Shown here piece after piece: positions 1 through 19,719 of a stretch of 64,000 nt of DNA. How positions within the stretch are numbered: the stretch's first letter is position 1; every line of letters begins with the position of its first letter. Below the pieces are notes generated by a model. It saw only the letters and a list, made by a program, of their open reading frames with translations, made no database searches and had not been told where the DNA came from. This DNA comes from Gekko japonicus. Its lineage: Eukaryota. The stretch covers positions 679,408 to 743,407 of the forward strand of contig NW_015163100.1 in assembly GCF_001447785.1 (NCBI RefSeq), written 5' to 3'. A program made the translations under genes and the position numbers.

Positions 1-153
1 GAGCGGAGGGGAACATGGGTTGGCCCTTGGGGGGAGGAGGAGGAAACAGAGGGGTGGGCCTGTCTTCAGGAGGGGGACACAGGAGGGGGCTGTTGCCCCT
101 TTGTGCCTCCCCCCTTCCTCGTTGGCTGCCTTCTTGCTTGCTTCCTTCGGCAG

Positions 154-3100
154 GGCTGACAACTGGCTGGTGGACACAGCGGCAGAGGAGCCAGTGCACC
201 ACGGGCTCTCCAGCTTTGGGAAGGTGAGATGAAGGAAGAAGGCAGGCAGGCGGCAGAAGGGCAGCTCTGCTGTGGTGGGAGAGCAGCCCCTGGAGCAAGG
301 GACGCTTTGTCGCTCCGCTCAGAGGCTCTGCCCTGCTTCCACACTTGCACTCCCGGCATGAAAGATTCAGTCCCCTGCAGGGAGAAAACCACGGGAAAGG
401 ACACGGCCCAGGAACAGTTATTGCTTCTCCCTGAAAGCATTGCAATCACCCGCTTCCAAACCGCACAGACTAACACAATTGCCACTTACCTAGATGTCCT
501 GATGGATAGAGATTAAGCCCCGCAAGCGCTACCGCTTTGGAAAAGGTTCCCAGCATCCAGAGGTCCATGTTCACCCGGAAAAGACAGGGGGCTGGATGCA
601 AACCTAAGCCATGCAATCCAAGCCAGGCCTCTACTCCTCGGGTGACCTGCCATGTATTCCGTTATCCTCCAAATCTCCGCAGCGTCCCACCTGCCCAGAG
701 TGGGTGGGTTCACAAACGGCGTTGCTCAGGGCAAGTCCACTCCGTTTTCTAGATGGCCTTTCGAAGTATCTATTGTGAGTGAGTTGCAGGAACACCCGCC
801 TGTACACCCTTACGCAGCCCCTGCCCCGCACAGAGGGTTCTGGCTTCTACAGCACGATCTTCCCAATCTCCCTTTCCCCCTCCCTGGCTCAGCGCGTGGT
901 TAAGGAGATGAACCGTTTGGGCATGATGGTCGACCTGGCTCACGTCTCGGTGGAGACCATGAACGATGCCCTGAGCGTCTCCAGAGCACCAGTGATCTTC
1001 AGTCACTCCTCTGCCTACGCCATCTGCCCCAGCCGACGCAACGTGCCCGACGACGTGCTCCTCCGAGTGGTGAGTGAGGCCAGGGCCGGGCAGGGCGGGC
1101 TTGTGCCAGAGGCACTGGTGGGGGACAGCTTGGAGGAAGAGAAGCCCCCCCTCACCCCCACCACAAGAAAGACATCCCGGCTCTCATCTTGTGGGGCAGC
1201 TCCCCGCCTGACCCCCTTGAGGTAGCCCTACTGGTTCCCTTTATTTATTTATTTAAATTTATAACCCGCCCTCCCCGCGAACGGGCTCAGGGCAGCGTAC
1301 AGATGGGGCCAATGCCCAGTACATAAAACATTAAAACTGCATTTTAAAAACATTCAGTGCAACATAAGCGCTCTCCACAACAACTAACAAGGGAACCGAT
1401 GACGTCACCAGGGTGGTATCCTTAGTGGCCACAGTTCCACGCAGTACCACCACTTTTGCACTCACGGCGAGTTGGTAATAAGGGCTAGGACAGATGGTAA
1501 CAGTCGTGGCGGCTCCTACTCAAACGCCTGGCGGAAGAGCTCCGTCTTGCAGGCCCTGCGGAACTGTGCAAGGTCCCGCAGGGCCCGGATCTCCTCTGGG
1601 AGCTCGTTCCACCAGGTAGGAGCCGCCACCGAAAAAGCCCTAGCCCTAGTCGCCGCTAGTCTGGCCTCTTTGGGACCTGGAACCACCAGGAGATGTTTAG
1701 TCCCGGACCGTAGTGCTCGTTCAGGAATATATGGGGAGAGGCGGTCCCGTAGGTATGTCGGACCCTGGCCATCTAGGGCTTTAAAGGTAAGAACCAGCAC
1801 TTTGAAGCGAATCCGGTATGCTATCGGCAGCCAGTGCAGCACTTTCAGCACAGGCTGGATGTGTGCCCCCTAGGAAGGCCCATCAGCACCCTTTCTTCTC
1901 CCCAACCTGGCCTTGGAGAGGAGAGGCAATTCCTACTTGCAGAGCTGCAAGGGATTCATAGCCCATGCAGTCACCTCTCTTTCTCTGGAGGGTGCAAAGC
2001 AGATAAAGCTCTCCCTTCGTGGGACCTGTGCAGGCTGATGCAGACAGCGCTGGAACTCTTCGCTGTGGCTTGTTCAGGGGCCATACAATATGGGGGGGAG
2101 GGGGGACCATGCGGAAAGACGCTAAGAAAAAGAACAGAATCATGACAGTGTAAAAATAAGCAACTCTTAGGCACTATTCAAATGAGAGTGGTAGGAATAC
2201 ATGTATAGCATCTACAAATACCCAGCACATAATAAACATATTTAGTATTCCAGCAGGTAGCATGCAATGTATTTCCAGTCTTCCAACAGGTAAATATACA
2301 AATATAGAACAAGTCTACAGTACAAGTGCAAAGCCTTCCTCAGTAGAGGCTGATTAGAGTACATCATAAGCATTCATCATGGTTTTCCAAGGTAAGTATA
2401 CATGTATTACTACCAGGGGTCATTTTGCAGAAAAAGAGGTGCAGGAGCTCATTAGCATAACTCATTTGCATGTGCCACCCCCCCTGACATCACCGGAAGT
2501 GTGTCAGAAGGCAACACCCACCGCTCAGGCTCCACTGGACTGTTTTGGATTGCTAGCTATTTGGGGGGGGGGGAACATGCAGATCTGCCCTTGCAGAAGA
2601 GGGAGAGCTTGTACCTGAATAAAACTTGGTCTTAAAGGTGCCACTGGACTGTTTTGGACTGGGGGGCCGGGGGGAAGGCTCTGCAGCTTACCTGGCTGCT
2701 TCTTGTTCTGACTGAGGGCTGCTGGGAGCAGGGGGTGGGGCTTGTTGCATGTGCCCGCCCCCTGGGCTCTTTACTGCCAGAGGTCCACTCCTGTGCACTC
2801 CTGCAGGAAACGACCCCTGATTACTACCACTCTAATTTGAATAGTGCCTCCTAAGAGTTGCTTATTTGTATATTGTCCTGATTGTTCTTTTTCTCAGCGT
2901 CTTTCCGCATGGTTCCCCCCCTCCCCCCCGATGTTGTATTGTTCACTGTGTGATCACTTAACTGGGTTTGTTCCGGAGCCAGCCAGCCAGCCAGCCAGCC
3001 AGGCTGGGTGGCATCAGGGTGAGAAGCAGAGCCGGGTCTCCAGACCTTGTGACGGGAAGGGAAAGGGTGCCACGGCTCACAGGCCCCAGCCCCCTCCTTG

Positions 3101-4975
3101 TGCCTGACCTCGCCCCGCGGCCTCTCCCCCTAGAAAGAGACCCGCGGCCTCGTGATGGTCAACTTCTACAATGACTACGTGTCCTGCAGCTCTAAGGCCA
3201 CCCTCGCTCAGGTGGCGGGTAAGTCCAGGAGCGGGGGAAGGAGGCCGGGTGGGGAGGACTGAAGCACCCCCAGGGCTGCCTGACCCGCTGCTGCTGCTGC
3301 TCCTGCCTGCAGACCACATGGACCACGTCAAGCGGGTCGCTGGGGCCGAGGCTGTCGGACTCGGAGGAGACTACGATGGCGTTGGCAGGTATCTTGGGGT
3401 GGGGTGGGGGGAAACCCTGCTGGATAGCCAAGCCCCTCCAGTGTAAGGCTGGTCCTGAGAGACACTCCGGCCTGGGACAGGGTGCCACGTGGCCTGGCTT
3501 GGAGACGACTTCGGTCGCTGCCTTGGACAGCCTGCTAAAGGGCCAGCAAGGACAGGCGGTTCTCGGGGCTTACGGGTGCCAAGGATTGACCTGGGGTGGG
3601 TCTCCCTGCAGCCTCTCTTTCCTGGCCCCTCCGGCAGGGCCCGCTGATGCTGCCTGTCTCCTGCTGGGTGCCCCCCATCTTTGCTGGGGCCCTTGGTGGG
3701 GTCCTCCCTCCTCCTGGGGCCCCTGCTGGGGCAGGGCAAGGAAGGCTGGGCTCTTGCTCCCGGGGTTCACCTTGGCGCTCTCCGGCACCACAGAGTTCCG
3801 GTTGGCTTGGAGGATGTCTCCAAGTACCCAGACTTGGTTGCAGAGCTGCTGCGGAGGAACTGGACGGAGAACGAAGTGAGGAGCGCCCTGGCAGGCAACT
3901 TGTTGCGCGTGTTCCGGGAAGTGGAGCAGGTGAGGTGGGGAGATCAGCGGGCGCCAAGGGTGGGGGGCAGGGAGCAAGTGGCGCCGGAGACCCTCCAGTC
4001 ATAAGCAAGGCTCCCTCTAAGCTGTGGAGCCTTGTGAGCAAAAAACTACTTTGTGAGCTACTGGCATTAAAGTTGTGAGCGAGCCATTTGGCTACTGCAG
4101 AAATCAGTTTGCTCTGGAGCCCATCCCTTCCTGAGCTGAGACAAAATTGTGTGAGTCGGAGGCTAAAAAACCGTGAACTAGCTCACACTCACTCAGCTTA
4201 GAGGGAACACTGGTCATAAGCTGGTTCTACTCAGCCCCCACTCCCCCGAGCAGCCTCCCGTTCCCTTCTCCTCTTTGACGCGGCACTGGGCCCCTGACGA
4301 TTCAGAGCCATGTGTTGGGTGATAGTGAGATATTGAAAAAATGGTATTTAGCAGAGATAATATAGCCCAGCAGAGCCAGAGTAAAATAATTCAGACTGAG
4401 AGTCCATGCGTGATTAAAATATAAAGTTTTTACTAAATCCTAGCATGGGAAGGGTAACTGGGATGAAAATAACAACAGAGCTAAATAGGCTACATCCTTA
4501 CACTACAAAGACAAAACTAGAAGAGAGANNNNNNNNNNNNNNNNNNNNNNNNNNNNNNNNNNNNNNNNNNNNNNNNNNNNNNNNNNNNNNNNNNNNNNNN
4601 NNNNNNNNNNNNNNNNNNNNNNNNNNNNNNNNNNNNNNNNNNNNNNNNNNNNNNNNNNNNNNNNNNNNNNNNNNNNNNNNNNNNNNNNNNNNNNNNNNNN
4701 NNNNNNNNNNNNNNNNNNNNNNNNNNNNNNNNNNNNNNNNNNNNNNNNNNNNNNNNNNNNNNNNNNNNNNNNNNNNNNNNNNNNNNNNNNNNNNNNNNNN
4801 NNNNNNNNNNNNNNNNNNNNNNNNNNNNNNTCTTTCCCTCCCCCAGGTGCGGGACAGGATGTCTCTGGAAGCTGCCGTACCTGACGACGTGCCCATTGCA
4901 TTTGAGGAGCTGCAGGGGTTGTGCCGAACCCGCTACGGGTACTCTGCCAGTGCCAGTGCTGACCAAAGCTGCTAG
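154..4975 (+). CDS. DPEP1: Dipeptidase 1 (renal membrane dipeptidase), 3' part; exons 154-223, 893-1069, 3134-3218, 3313-3388, 3794-3929, 4847-4975
   Basis: Exons of 70/177/85/76/136 nt with AG/GT ends splice in frame: ADNWLVD..., [19 protein letters not shown]...[10 protein letters not shown]...[77 protein letters not shown]. These are family M19 dipeptidase motifs. 5' exons lie upstream of the window. Confidence 0.95.
1238..1875 (-). mobile_element. L2-clade LINE 3' fragment
   Basis: ORF 1516-1851 [35 protein letters not shown]...[15 protein letters not shown] is typical of the L2 ORF2 C-terminus; A-rich tail at about 1240. Confidence 0.85.
2084..2967. mobile_element. Inverted-repeat (Penelope-like) insertion containing a nested hAT MITE
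   Basis: Arms ~2084-2193 and ~2823-2940 are reverse complements; degenerate TSD ttgttcaggggcca / ttgttccggagcca. Confidence 0.6.
2414..2819. mobile_element. Non-autonomous hAT MITE, family A
   Basis: TIRs caggggtc / gacccctg with exact 8-bp TSD attactac. Related copies at 27950-28362 and 29897-30209 (TSD gatagtac); a similar hAT-type element at 55927-56307. Confidence 0.85.
4006..4212. mobile_element. Non-autonomous hAT MITE, family B (~205 bp)
   Basis: TIRs ...ctccctctaagctg / cagcttagagggaacactg with 8-bp TSD gtcataag. Further copies at about 22157-22363, 30931-32068 (split), 48047-48254, 52117-52324, 56503-56709, 60592-60797. Confidence 0.85.
4313..4528. mobile_element. LTR-like repeat, truncated by an assembly gap
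   Basis: Nearly identical to 50094-50285; begins TGTTGGGT while the second copy ends ACCCAACA. Confidence 0.55.
4529..4830. other. Assembly gap
   Basis: N-run; others at 5489-5515, 49835-49952, 55888-55922, 57552-57590, 61015-61039. Confidence 1.
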
Positions 4976-5461
4976 GGGTTCCCCGCCAGTGCAGACCGTC
5001 CCAGATCCCTTCCTGCTCAGCCCGCCCTCTTTCTCCTGGCTGGATGGCTGCTGTAGAAGCCCCCGAACCCACCGAGCACAGCAGCTGGGCAGGTCCTGAT
5101 GGGAAGCCGGCACCTCAGCCAACACTCCACCACCGTTGCCCCCAAATGTCTCACGCTGGAAAACTCAGGAGAACCAGCAGCTCTTCCCTCCTCTTTGTTG
5201 GGTTTTTGGTTGACCGTGATGGAGGGTTTAAAAGGATCTTTTTGACAGCCGAATGCCATCACTTTCATGTCTCTTATTTCTCTGCTGCTTGCTTATCCTG
5301 CCTTCCCTCTAAGGAGCTGCAGATTGAGTAGAGTCTCTCTCCCAGTGTTTGTCTCCACTACCGCCCTGTGAGGTAGGCCGGGCTGAGAGGTGACTGCCCT
5401 CAGATCACCCAGAGAGCATCAAGACTGAGTCCGGATTTGAACCCAGGTCTCTCCCCGTGCC

Positions 5462-5800
5462 GGGGCCGCGGTGGCTCAGAGGTTAAGANNNNNNNNNNNN
5501 NNNNNNNNNNNNNNNGTTCGAGACCCGAGTGCCATGTGACGGACTGAGCTCTTGTCTCTGGCCCCAGCTCCTGCCAGCCTAGCAGTTCGAAAGCAAGAAA
5601 CTGCAAGGAGATAAATAGGTACTGCTTCAGTGGGAAGGTAACAGTGTTCCGTGTGCCTTGGCGTTTAGTCATGCCGGCCACATGACCACGGAAACGTCTT
5701 CGGATAGCGCTGGCTCTTCGGCCTGGAAACGGAAATGAGCACCGCCCCCTAGAGTCGGATTCGACTAGCTTTCGAGCAAGGGAAACCTTGACCTTTAACT
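5462..5800 (+). mobile_element. Sauria SINE
   Basis: cctagcagttcgaaagca...aaataggtac...gggaaggtaac...gccggccacatgacc and ACCTTT-type tail. Confidence 0.85.
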
Positions 5801-7257
5801 CTCCCCATGCCAGTCTGACACTGCGCCCTAGTCTCTGCTCCCCTGGAGCTCCGTAGTCACTGTTACCTATTCTCACTCATGTGGAGGCTGCTGCCCGAGG
5901 CATGCAGGGCACAGCCCTTCTAAAGCAGCATCCACTGTCCCAGGAAGGATGTCTCCTGGTGGCAAGGACTCTCTCGCTCTCCCTCTTGGCCTCGCCTAGG
6001 TGGCAAGAGCTGCCTGGCATTCCCCCGGGGGCAGAGGCAGGGATCTTTTTGGAAGCCCCAGGCAGGGCTGGTGGCAGCGTTCCTTGAGGCAAGGCAGGTG
6101 CGGGGGCCCAGGGTTTCTGGGGGGGGCCCACTGGCCACGTTGCCCGCATTCCTCACCCGCCTTCTTTTTGGCACCACCACCCGTGCTTCCTGACACAGAC
6201 ACCTCCCAGCATCCCTGCGGAAGGGTGTTCAGGGAGATGGGGGGGAGTTTGCGGAAGTGACCGAAAGGGAACTGCCCCGTGCCATGCTGGAGAAAGGGTG
6301 GGTGGGAGGGACCACAGGCAAGTGGGTGAGGGGGAAAGGAGAGCCTGGGGGGGGGCAGTGGCCAGCAGAGCCAGCCCAAGCACAGAACGTTCACCTTTTG
6401 GGGCCAGGAGCGGTCAAGAAGCAGCAGCTCCAGTCCAACGCCGCCCTCCTCCTCCTCCTCCTCCTCCTCCTGGCATCACGCAAAGGCAGCCCCGTCTCCA
6501 GGCACAGATGGAGACGCCGAACGCCAGCCAGCCGGGTGTCCCGTTTCACAGGCTCTGTCCAAGCATCCATCACCAGCTAATTAATTGGCTAATCAAGCGG
6601 CTCATTATCAGCTTCCGCTGGCATTTCAGGAACAGCCTGTCTTTGCCAGGCCGGCAGCAGAAGGCACCTGCACACGCCGGCTGGGAGGGAGCCAGCTTCC
6701 TGCTGTGTTTGCTAGCTGGCGGGGAAAGGTTCGGTCCCATGGGGGGGGGGAGCAGAGAGAGATGTGGCTGTCCTCCTCCAGCAAGGGCCATGAGCCCCCC
6801 ACCAAGGGGGCAGCAGAAAGAAGAAGGTTCCCTGCTCAACAGCCGGCTGGCCTTGCAGCGCAGATGAGGCATGAGTGGCTCTCAGAACTGCATGGGAGGA
6901 AACCAGCGGGGCTCCAACTGTCCCTGAAGCCTGTGTGTGTGTGGGAAAGTGCTGGCAAGACTGAGGGCCACCCTGTTGGGTTTTTCCGGGCAAGAGACAT
7001 TCAGAGGTGGTTTGCCATTGCCTGCCTCTTGCATTGCAACCCTGGACTTCCTTGGTGGTCTCCCATCCAAGTTCCAACTGGGGCCGGCCCTGCTTAGCTT
7101 CCGAGATCCGACTAGACTGCACTTGCCTGGGCCGTGTAGGTCAGGGGGCTGCTGAGGCAGGGAAACTGGTGGCAGTCCACCAGAGTTTCCACCTAGACGG
7201 AACCAGGAGGCATCACAATAGAAGAGACCTGCTCCTGGAGATCTTCCCAGCCATTTT

Positions 7258-7620
7258 CTTTTTTTAAGGATTTATTCTTTTCTTATTAAGTTACAATACA
7301 TAAAAGTATAAAAAAGGCAAGAAAGAAAAAAAAGAACAGAAAGGGGGAGAAAGGAGGGGGGGAGAGGGAATAGGTTTTGACTTTCATTTACATCTAGTAA
7401 AACTGAATTCTGTCCCGTCTCTCTAAATGTGCAAACATACAAGAAACCCTCTCGTCTATCCATAGTTCTTTTCTTGTCTTAATCTTCACACCCGTAGATC
7501 TTCAATTATTATTTTTCCCCGTTTCATGCAAAAAGTCCATAAATGTCCAGTTGGCCATAATGTCTTTCCTCTGATCAAAGAAGTCAATTTAGCCATCTCC
7601 AGCCGTCCCTGATCCTTTGG
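7258..7620 (-). mobile_element. Degenerate L1-like 3' fragment
   Basis: Poly-T end, AT-rich; minus-strand peptide EMAKLTSLIRGK...W..F resembles L1 ORF2 C-termini. Confidence 0.5.
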
Positions 7621-7861
7621 TGATGTGCTAAGACATCTGTGTCCACTTCTCCTTCCTGGATTCCTTGCAACGAAAGGCCTGGGGAGACCCAGTGCTCGGG
7701 ACTCCGGCCTTCCCCCATCCCCTCTTTCCCCCACTCTAAACATCCACTCCTGAGGAACAACTCCTTACGATGTGGAAACTGGCTTCCAGCAGTATTTCCT
7801 CGCTGTGGTGGGTCTGCTGCTTCTGTAAGAACAAGCTAAGAACTGCAACAGCAATACTGTC

Positions 7862-8550
7862 TGTTGGATTTCCCTCATGGGTGCCACCCTGCACGGACCG
7901 ACTTCCCACCAGTGGGCCAGACCCAGGGTACGTTCTCACCCCCATGACAAGACCATTTGTATGATGCAGGCTCTGGGTTCTCTGCCAGGACACTCGGCTT
8001 CAGGCGCCACACTCGGTTTCGGTAAATCAGGCAAGAGTACTTTTATTAGCAAAGAAAAGGCAAGGCAACCTTGATCAACAATAATTAGAGGAACAAAGGA
8101 AAAATTCAGCGTCCTTCAATGGTTGCCAAAATACAGTGATTAAAATCAGCTGAAACTTACTCAAACCCCAAAAGGTAGGGAAATCCTGCCCAAAAGATGT
8201 GCGCTTCCCCCCCACACACACACACCTTTTTGGCTTTTATCCTCAGAAGGGCCTGTTAAGGCGCTACCCTCCCCCTCTATCCAGTCCAGCTGTTAATTAA
8301 GATATCTCAGCTGTGCATCTCTTGCGAAGCTAAGAACCGGGCAGTTCCTGCAAGAACTTGCAAGGTCGATCCTCCCCCTCCTACCCTCGTTCGGCTCTTC
8401 AGTGTTGCTGCTTTCCACACAAGCCGGTCTCTTCCTTACACCATTGTCACAGATACTGGTGCACCCTAGCCCCCAAGGTTAGCCCTCTGGGCAGATTTAT
8501 TTCACAGCACCTGTGCAGGGCTTCTGTCCCCTCAGACTCTTGTCTAACGG
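7862..8550. mobile_element. Possible LTR-like element
   Basis: Begins TGTTGG, contains a minus-strand AATAAA near 8042; no TSD confirmed. Confidence 0.25.
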
Positions 8551-9479
8551 CAAACCACCAGCGAGCCAAGTTCACACGTGCTCAGTAATGCAGGTCGCTG
8601 TGAGCAAAGAACAGGAAGGTGCTTTAAACCACACGGGAAGCCGGTTCCCAAAATGTGTGCAGAAAGGTGGCTCGACTGGCGCGTTTTAGGCTCCCGTGCT
8701 CTTCAAGGCACACATGTGATTTGGTTCTGGCGTGCGACAGACCAGTCTGTGGGGCTGGTCTGTGGAATCGTTAAGGGGAAGGAGCCCTCCAGTGGCCAAA
8801 TCAATGACTGCAAAAAATGTTTTGAGTCCAACAGGTATATTCTGGGTGTAAGCTTTCGTGTGCACACACAGCTTATATCTAGAATAAAACTTTGTTGGTC
8901 TTAAAGGTTCTCCACAGGACTCAAACTCTGTACACATGAAAGCTTATACCCAGAATAAAACTTTGTTGGTCTTAAAGGTTCCCCACTGGGTTCTGCTGCT
9001 TCAGACCAACACAGCGACCCACCTGCAAAAAATCGATGCCCTGACGTTGATTTGGGGGGGGGGGGGCTCCCTGCTCTTGCGACTGCTCTGCCCCCTAATA
9101 AGAATCCATTCATGTTGGTCCCGGAATGTGCGAGAGCCTGCACAACCCCGTGTCATCTGCTCAGGGGGTGGATCCTGTGACACACTTCCATAATGAAGAT
9201 ACACAAAGGACGGATCTCACACATTACGCAGAACACCAAGAGTGAGAACCTGCAAGCAAGCAAGGCTGGGTGGACTGTGGCTCACTTGCTCAGGGGTGCC
9301 TCTTAAATCCAGCCCTATCTGGAAACTGCCGTTCAGGACGTGAATTAGGGACTGATGGGGGAACAAGTTAAAAACAATCCCCGATACTCTGTTGTGGATT
9401 CCCTCCTGCCCTCTGCAGTTCCAAACAGACTCAGGGGGAGGGAAATGTAATGCCACCAGTGATTTCCAGAGGGTATTCA

Positions 9480-9485
9480 TTTATT
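9480..9485 (-). terminator. Candidate CHMP1A polyadenylation signal
   Basis: AATAAA on the minus strand about 1.25 kb downstream of the stop codon. Confidence 0.4.
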
Positions 9486-9529
9486 TAAAACAACATCAAG
9501 GAATTGACAGTACTCAGTTTAATTCTTTT

Positions 9530-9534
<5 letters not shown>

Positions 9535-9561
<27 letters not shown>
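9535..9561. repeat. (AG)n microsatellite
   Basis: Direct reading; other simple repeats at 2978-3002 (CCAG)n, 6445-6471 (CCT)n, 15918-15938 (CAT)n. Confidence 0.9.
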
Positions 9562-9565
<4 letters not shown>

Positions 9566-10733
9566 AAGGCAAACAAGAACACACTTTCCCGAGAGTTGGA
9601 GGACATGCTGCTCCATTGACTGAGAAGGGCTAGGACACATGCTTCCTCCCCACACACACACCTTTATAGCAGGAGCAGCAGACGGAGGAGCAGGAAAGGC
9701 ACAAGGCCCGTGAGAAACTGGGAGGGGGGGTGTCAAAAGAGAGCTACAGCAGCCTCTCTTCAGATTCCAGCAACAGAAGAGACTGAGACCCTCTGCCTTG
9801 GGTCCCACTCTGCAGGGCTGACTTCTCAAGCAAGGAGCTTCTCAGCGCCACTTGGGCAGAAAGGACCACAGCAGCTGTGCTCCAGTTCAGTGCCCAAAGC
9901 CCATCCAGCCTCCCTCTGTTTGGAGGTCCCAAGTCCTCCTGACAACAGCAGGGATGTCCGGGAGGAGACAGACAAGTCTCTCTGACAGCAGAGGCCTCAG
10001 GAAAAGGGCCACAGCTGACTTGCACTCGGGGGCCACCCCTTTCCGTTGGGGAAGGTGGACGAGGGACCCAGCCAAGCTGAAATAGCAGACGGCCAGATGG
10101 GAGTTCGTGGGAGGGGAGGGGGCGGAGGCAGCGTGTCCCTGGGCAGGAGAGAGTGAACAAGTCAATAACAAAGGTCACTTAACGGTGCGCGCCAGTCCCA
10201 GGCAGGGAACAGAGTTGCCGGCAAAGGGTCATCTCACCCCCACAGGCCACCGGTGGGAGCAACAGAAGGAGGAGCGCCATGCCACGCCTGCCTCTAGACA
10301 CGCAGGCAGCAGTGTGGATCGGGATCCTGTTCCTTTTAAGAATGCACGCTAGCTAGCTCTCGCAAGGGCCACGCCTGAATTAGTTTACCAGGGCTCTGGG
10401 ATCCAATTCCTCCCACTTCCCAAACACGATCATGTGATCCAAAGCCAGGACTGAGAGGAGAGTCCCTGGAGCAAAAAAACAACAACCCCGCAAAGTGGTC
10501 CCCTCCCTGCTCAAGTCTAGACAAGCCTGCCGCTGCTGCTTCAGAGAGGAGCTGCGCTGCCATCACCGTGTGTGCGTGTGTGTGTTTAGCAGTGGTCTTG
10601 CCACATGCCCACGGAGTGAGGGACCAGTCCAAAGAGGAGGAGGGGGGAACGGAAGGCTGGGAGTCTCTCAGAGGGACCCCACAAATCATACATGGCCAAG
10701 GCAGAAGCAGTCCTTCACGGGAGCGAGGGAGGG

Positions 10734-17551
<6,818 letters not shown>

Positions 17552-17639
17552 CTGTGGAGAGAAAGAAGAAAGCAGTTGGAAGATGGCGGGGACAAAGAGG
17601 GGGATGAGTGTTTTGGTTTCTGCAGGAAAGAGCCTGCCT

Positions 17640-17990
17640 ATGGTGGGGTGGCTTAAGTGGTTAAGACGCTGAACTGCAGGCTGTGGAAGGTCAGTAGTTC
17701 AGCAGTTTGAGACCTGGGTGCCGCATGACGGAGTGAGCTCCCGTCTCTAGTTCCAGCTCCTGCCAACCTAGCAGTTCGAAAGCGAGAAATTGCAAGTAGA
17801 TAAATAGGGACAACTTCGGTGGGAAGGTAACAGTGTTCCGTGTGCCTTGGTGTTTAGTCATGCCGGCCACATGACCATGGAAATGTCTTCAGACAGCGCT
17901 GGCTCTTTGGCTTTGAAACGGAGATGAGCACCACAACCCTAGAGTCGGACTCGACTGGCTTTCGAGCAAGGGGAACCTTTATCTTTACCT
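17640..17990 (+). mobile_element. Sauria SINE, near full length
   Basis: tRNA-like head, same body as 5462-5800, tail aacctttatctttacct. Partial copies at about 31225-31370, 31685-31840, 50545-50775. Confidence 0.85.
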
Positions 17991-19719
17991 AAGGTGGGGT
18001 GGTGGGGGTGAGATGGCACTTCTTGTTCTCGGACACCCCCACCCCAAACATCTTTTCTGCCTCAGAGAGATCCAAACTGTGCGCCTTTCTGTAACCATTT
18101 CCAGAGATCTGGAAGAATCCCACACCTTTGAGAGCCGAGTTTAGAACTCAAGGCTGGAATGTGAACTGTGAAACACAGACAGTGCTGTACAGAAAGCAAA
18201 CGCCTGAAAGCATTAGTCTAAGTGCTAACCCACAGAATATTTTTCAGTTCTGCCATTCTAGAAAAGCAGCTGCAGCATGTTGGAGGATAACCTTTTGTGC
18301 CTGTCATGAACCAAGAGAGCCAGTACGGTGTACCAGCTAGGACTGGGAAGACACCAAGTCCCCTCTCTGCCACAAAGTCTCATTATCTCTCCCCCCCCCC
18401 CCCCCCCGGGTGGTGGTGGTGGTGGATACTGCCTGATTAGTTGCCCTGAACTTCTTGGGAAAAACAACACAATAAAAATGCAAATACTAGCCCTAACAAC
18501 AAGTGCTTTCTCAAGCAACAGACCATTAGCCACAAGTGCGGAGTTCTGGCTTCTGGAGACTCGTTCATCCGATTCCAAAATGCCACCAACCTTTTTCTTT
18601 CCTGGAACTAAGTGACCCAGAGTTTTGTTTCTTAGTACAGTCAAGAGACAACCTTTGACCTGAGAGCCTTGCCCTACCGTTGGAGCAGCTACCGCCCAGG
18701 TGAATACCTCCAGGTGACGTCACCCGCCTGGCATGCAGGACCAGGAAGTGGTGCACCAGGGAGGCACTTTGGAAGACTCTATTCTTATCCTGCCCCTCTT
18801 CCAAGGATCTTGTGACTGTGTCCACGGCTTTCCCGCATTTCTATTTTGCCCTCACAACTGTGTGAGGTAGGTGAGGCTGACAGACTGACAAAGGAGACTC
18901 AGTGTGCGGGGATCAGAACCCACGGTTCCTGGCTCTTACTCCAGTATTCTAACCCATGCACCACACTGACTCTCAGGCAGTCTGTGTCACCCACAAAGCA
19001 ATTTCCTGTTTAGTAAAATGCCAACAGGCCCTGATTGTTTCCATAATCACAGTGGGACTAAAACTGGTCATAAGAACATTGTGCTAGATTCCAGTCCAGT
19101 AGAACCCACCCCCCACTAAGCAGCATATGTCACCAAGAATACGAGCATGACGCTAGCAAGGGAAGGTTGCCTTCCCCATGGAACCATCACACCCTTGTCT
19201 TAGCCCTCCTCCAAGGATCTCAGGTTTCTCCCGTCTTCTCTTTGATCCTGACAACACTCTTGAGATAGATTAGGCTGAGAGAGGGAGTGATTGGTCCTAA
19301 ATCACCCAGCCGGCTTCATGGGAGAGTGAGAATTTGAACCCAGAACTCCCCAGTTCTGTTCTGACCCAATGCCACACTGCCTGCACCAATTTTTGGCCTG
19401 AAGCAGCCTGCTCACAGGTTGCCAACAGCTTGTTCTAAGAAGACACCTGTACCAAAAGATTCACAGGTGAAGCTTCGCTTCCCAATGGGAAATAACCTTC
19501 TTCTTTTACATTCCTCACAGAGTTGTTCAGGATAGAAAGCAACAGCATCCCTCAGACATGTAAAGCTGTAGCAAGACAAGCAGAATAGCTCATGTCCATT
19601 ATGTATTTATCGGTTCTTTCCATTCCACGAGCCAAGCCTGGTCTGAAAAGCGGAGGCACCTTGCCAGACAGAGAGACGCTGGCCACCCTGGTGGCCAAGC
19701 AAAAAGAAAGGCTGGTGGG

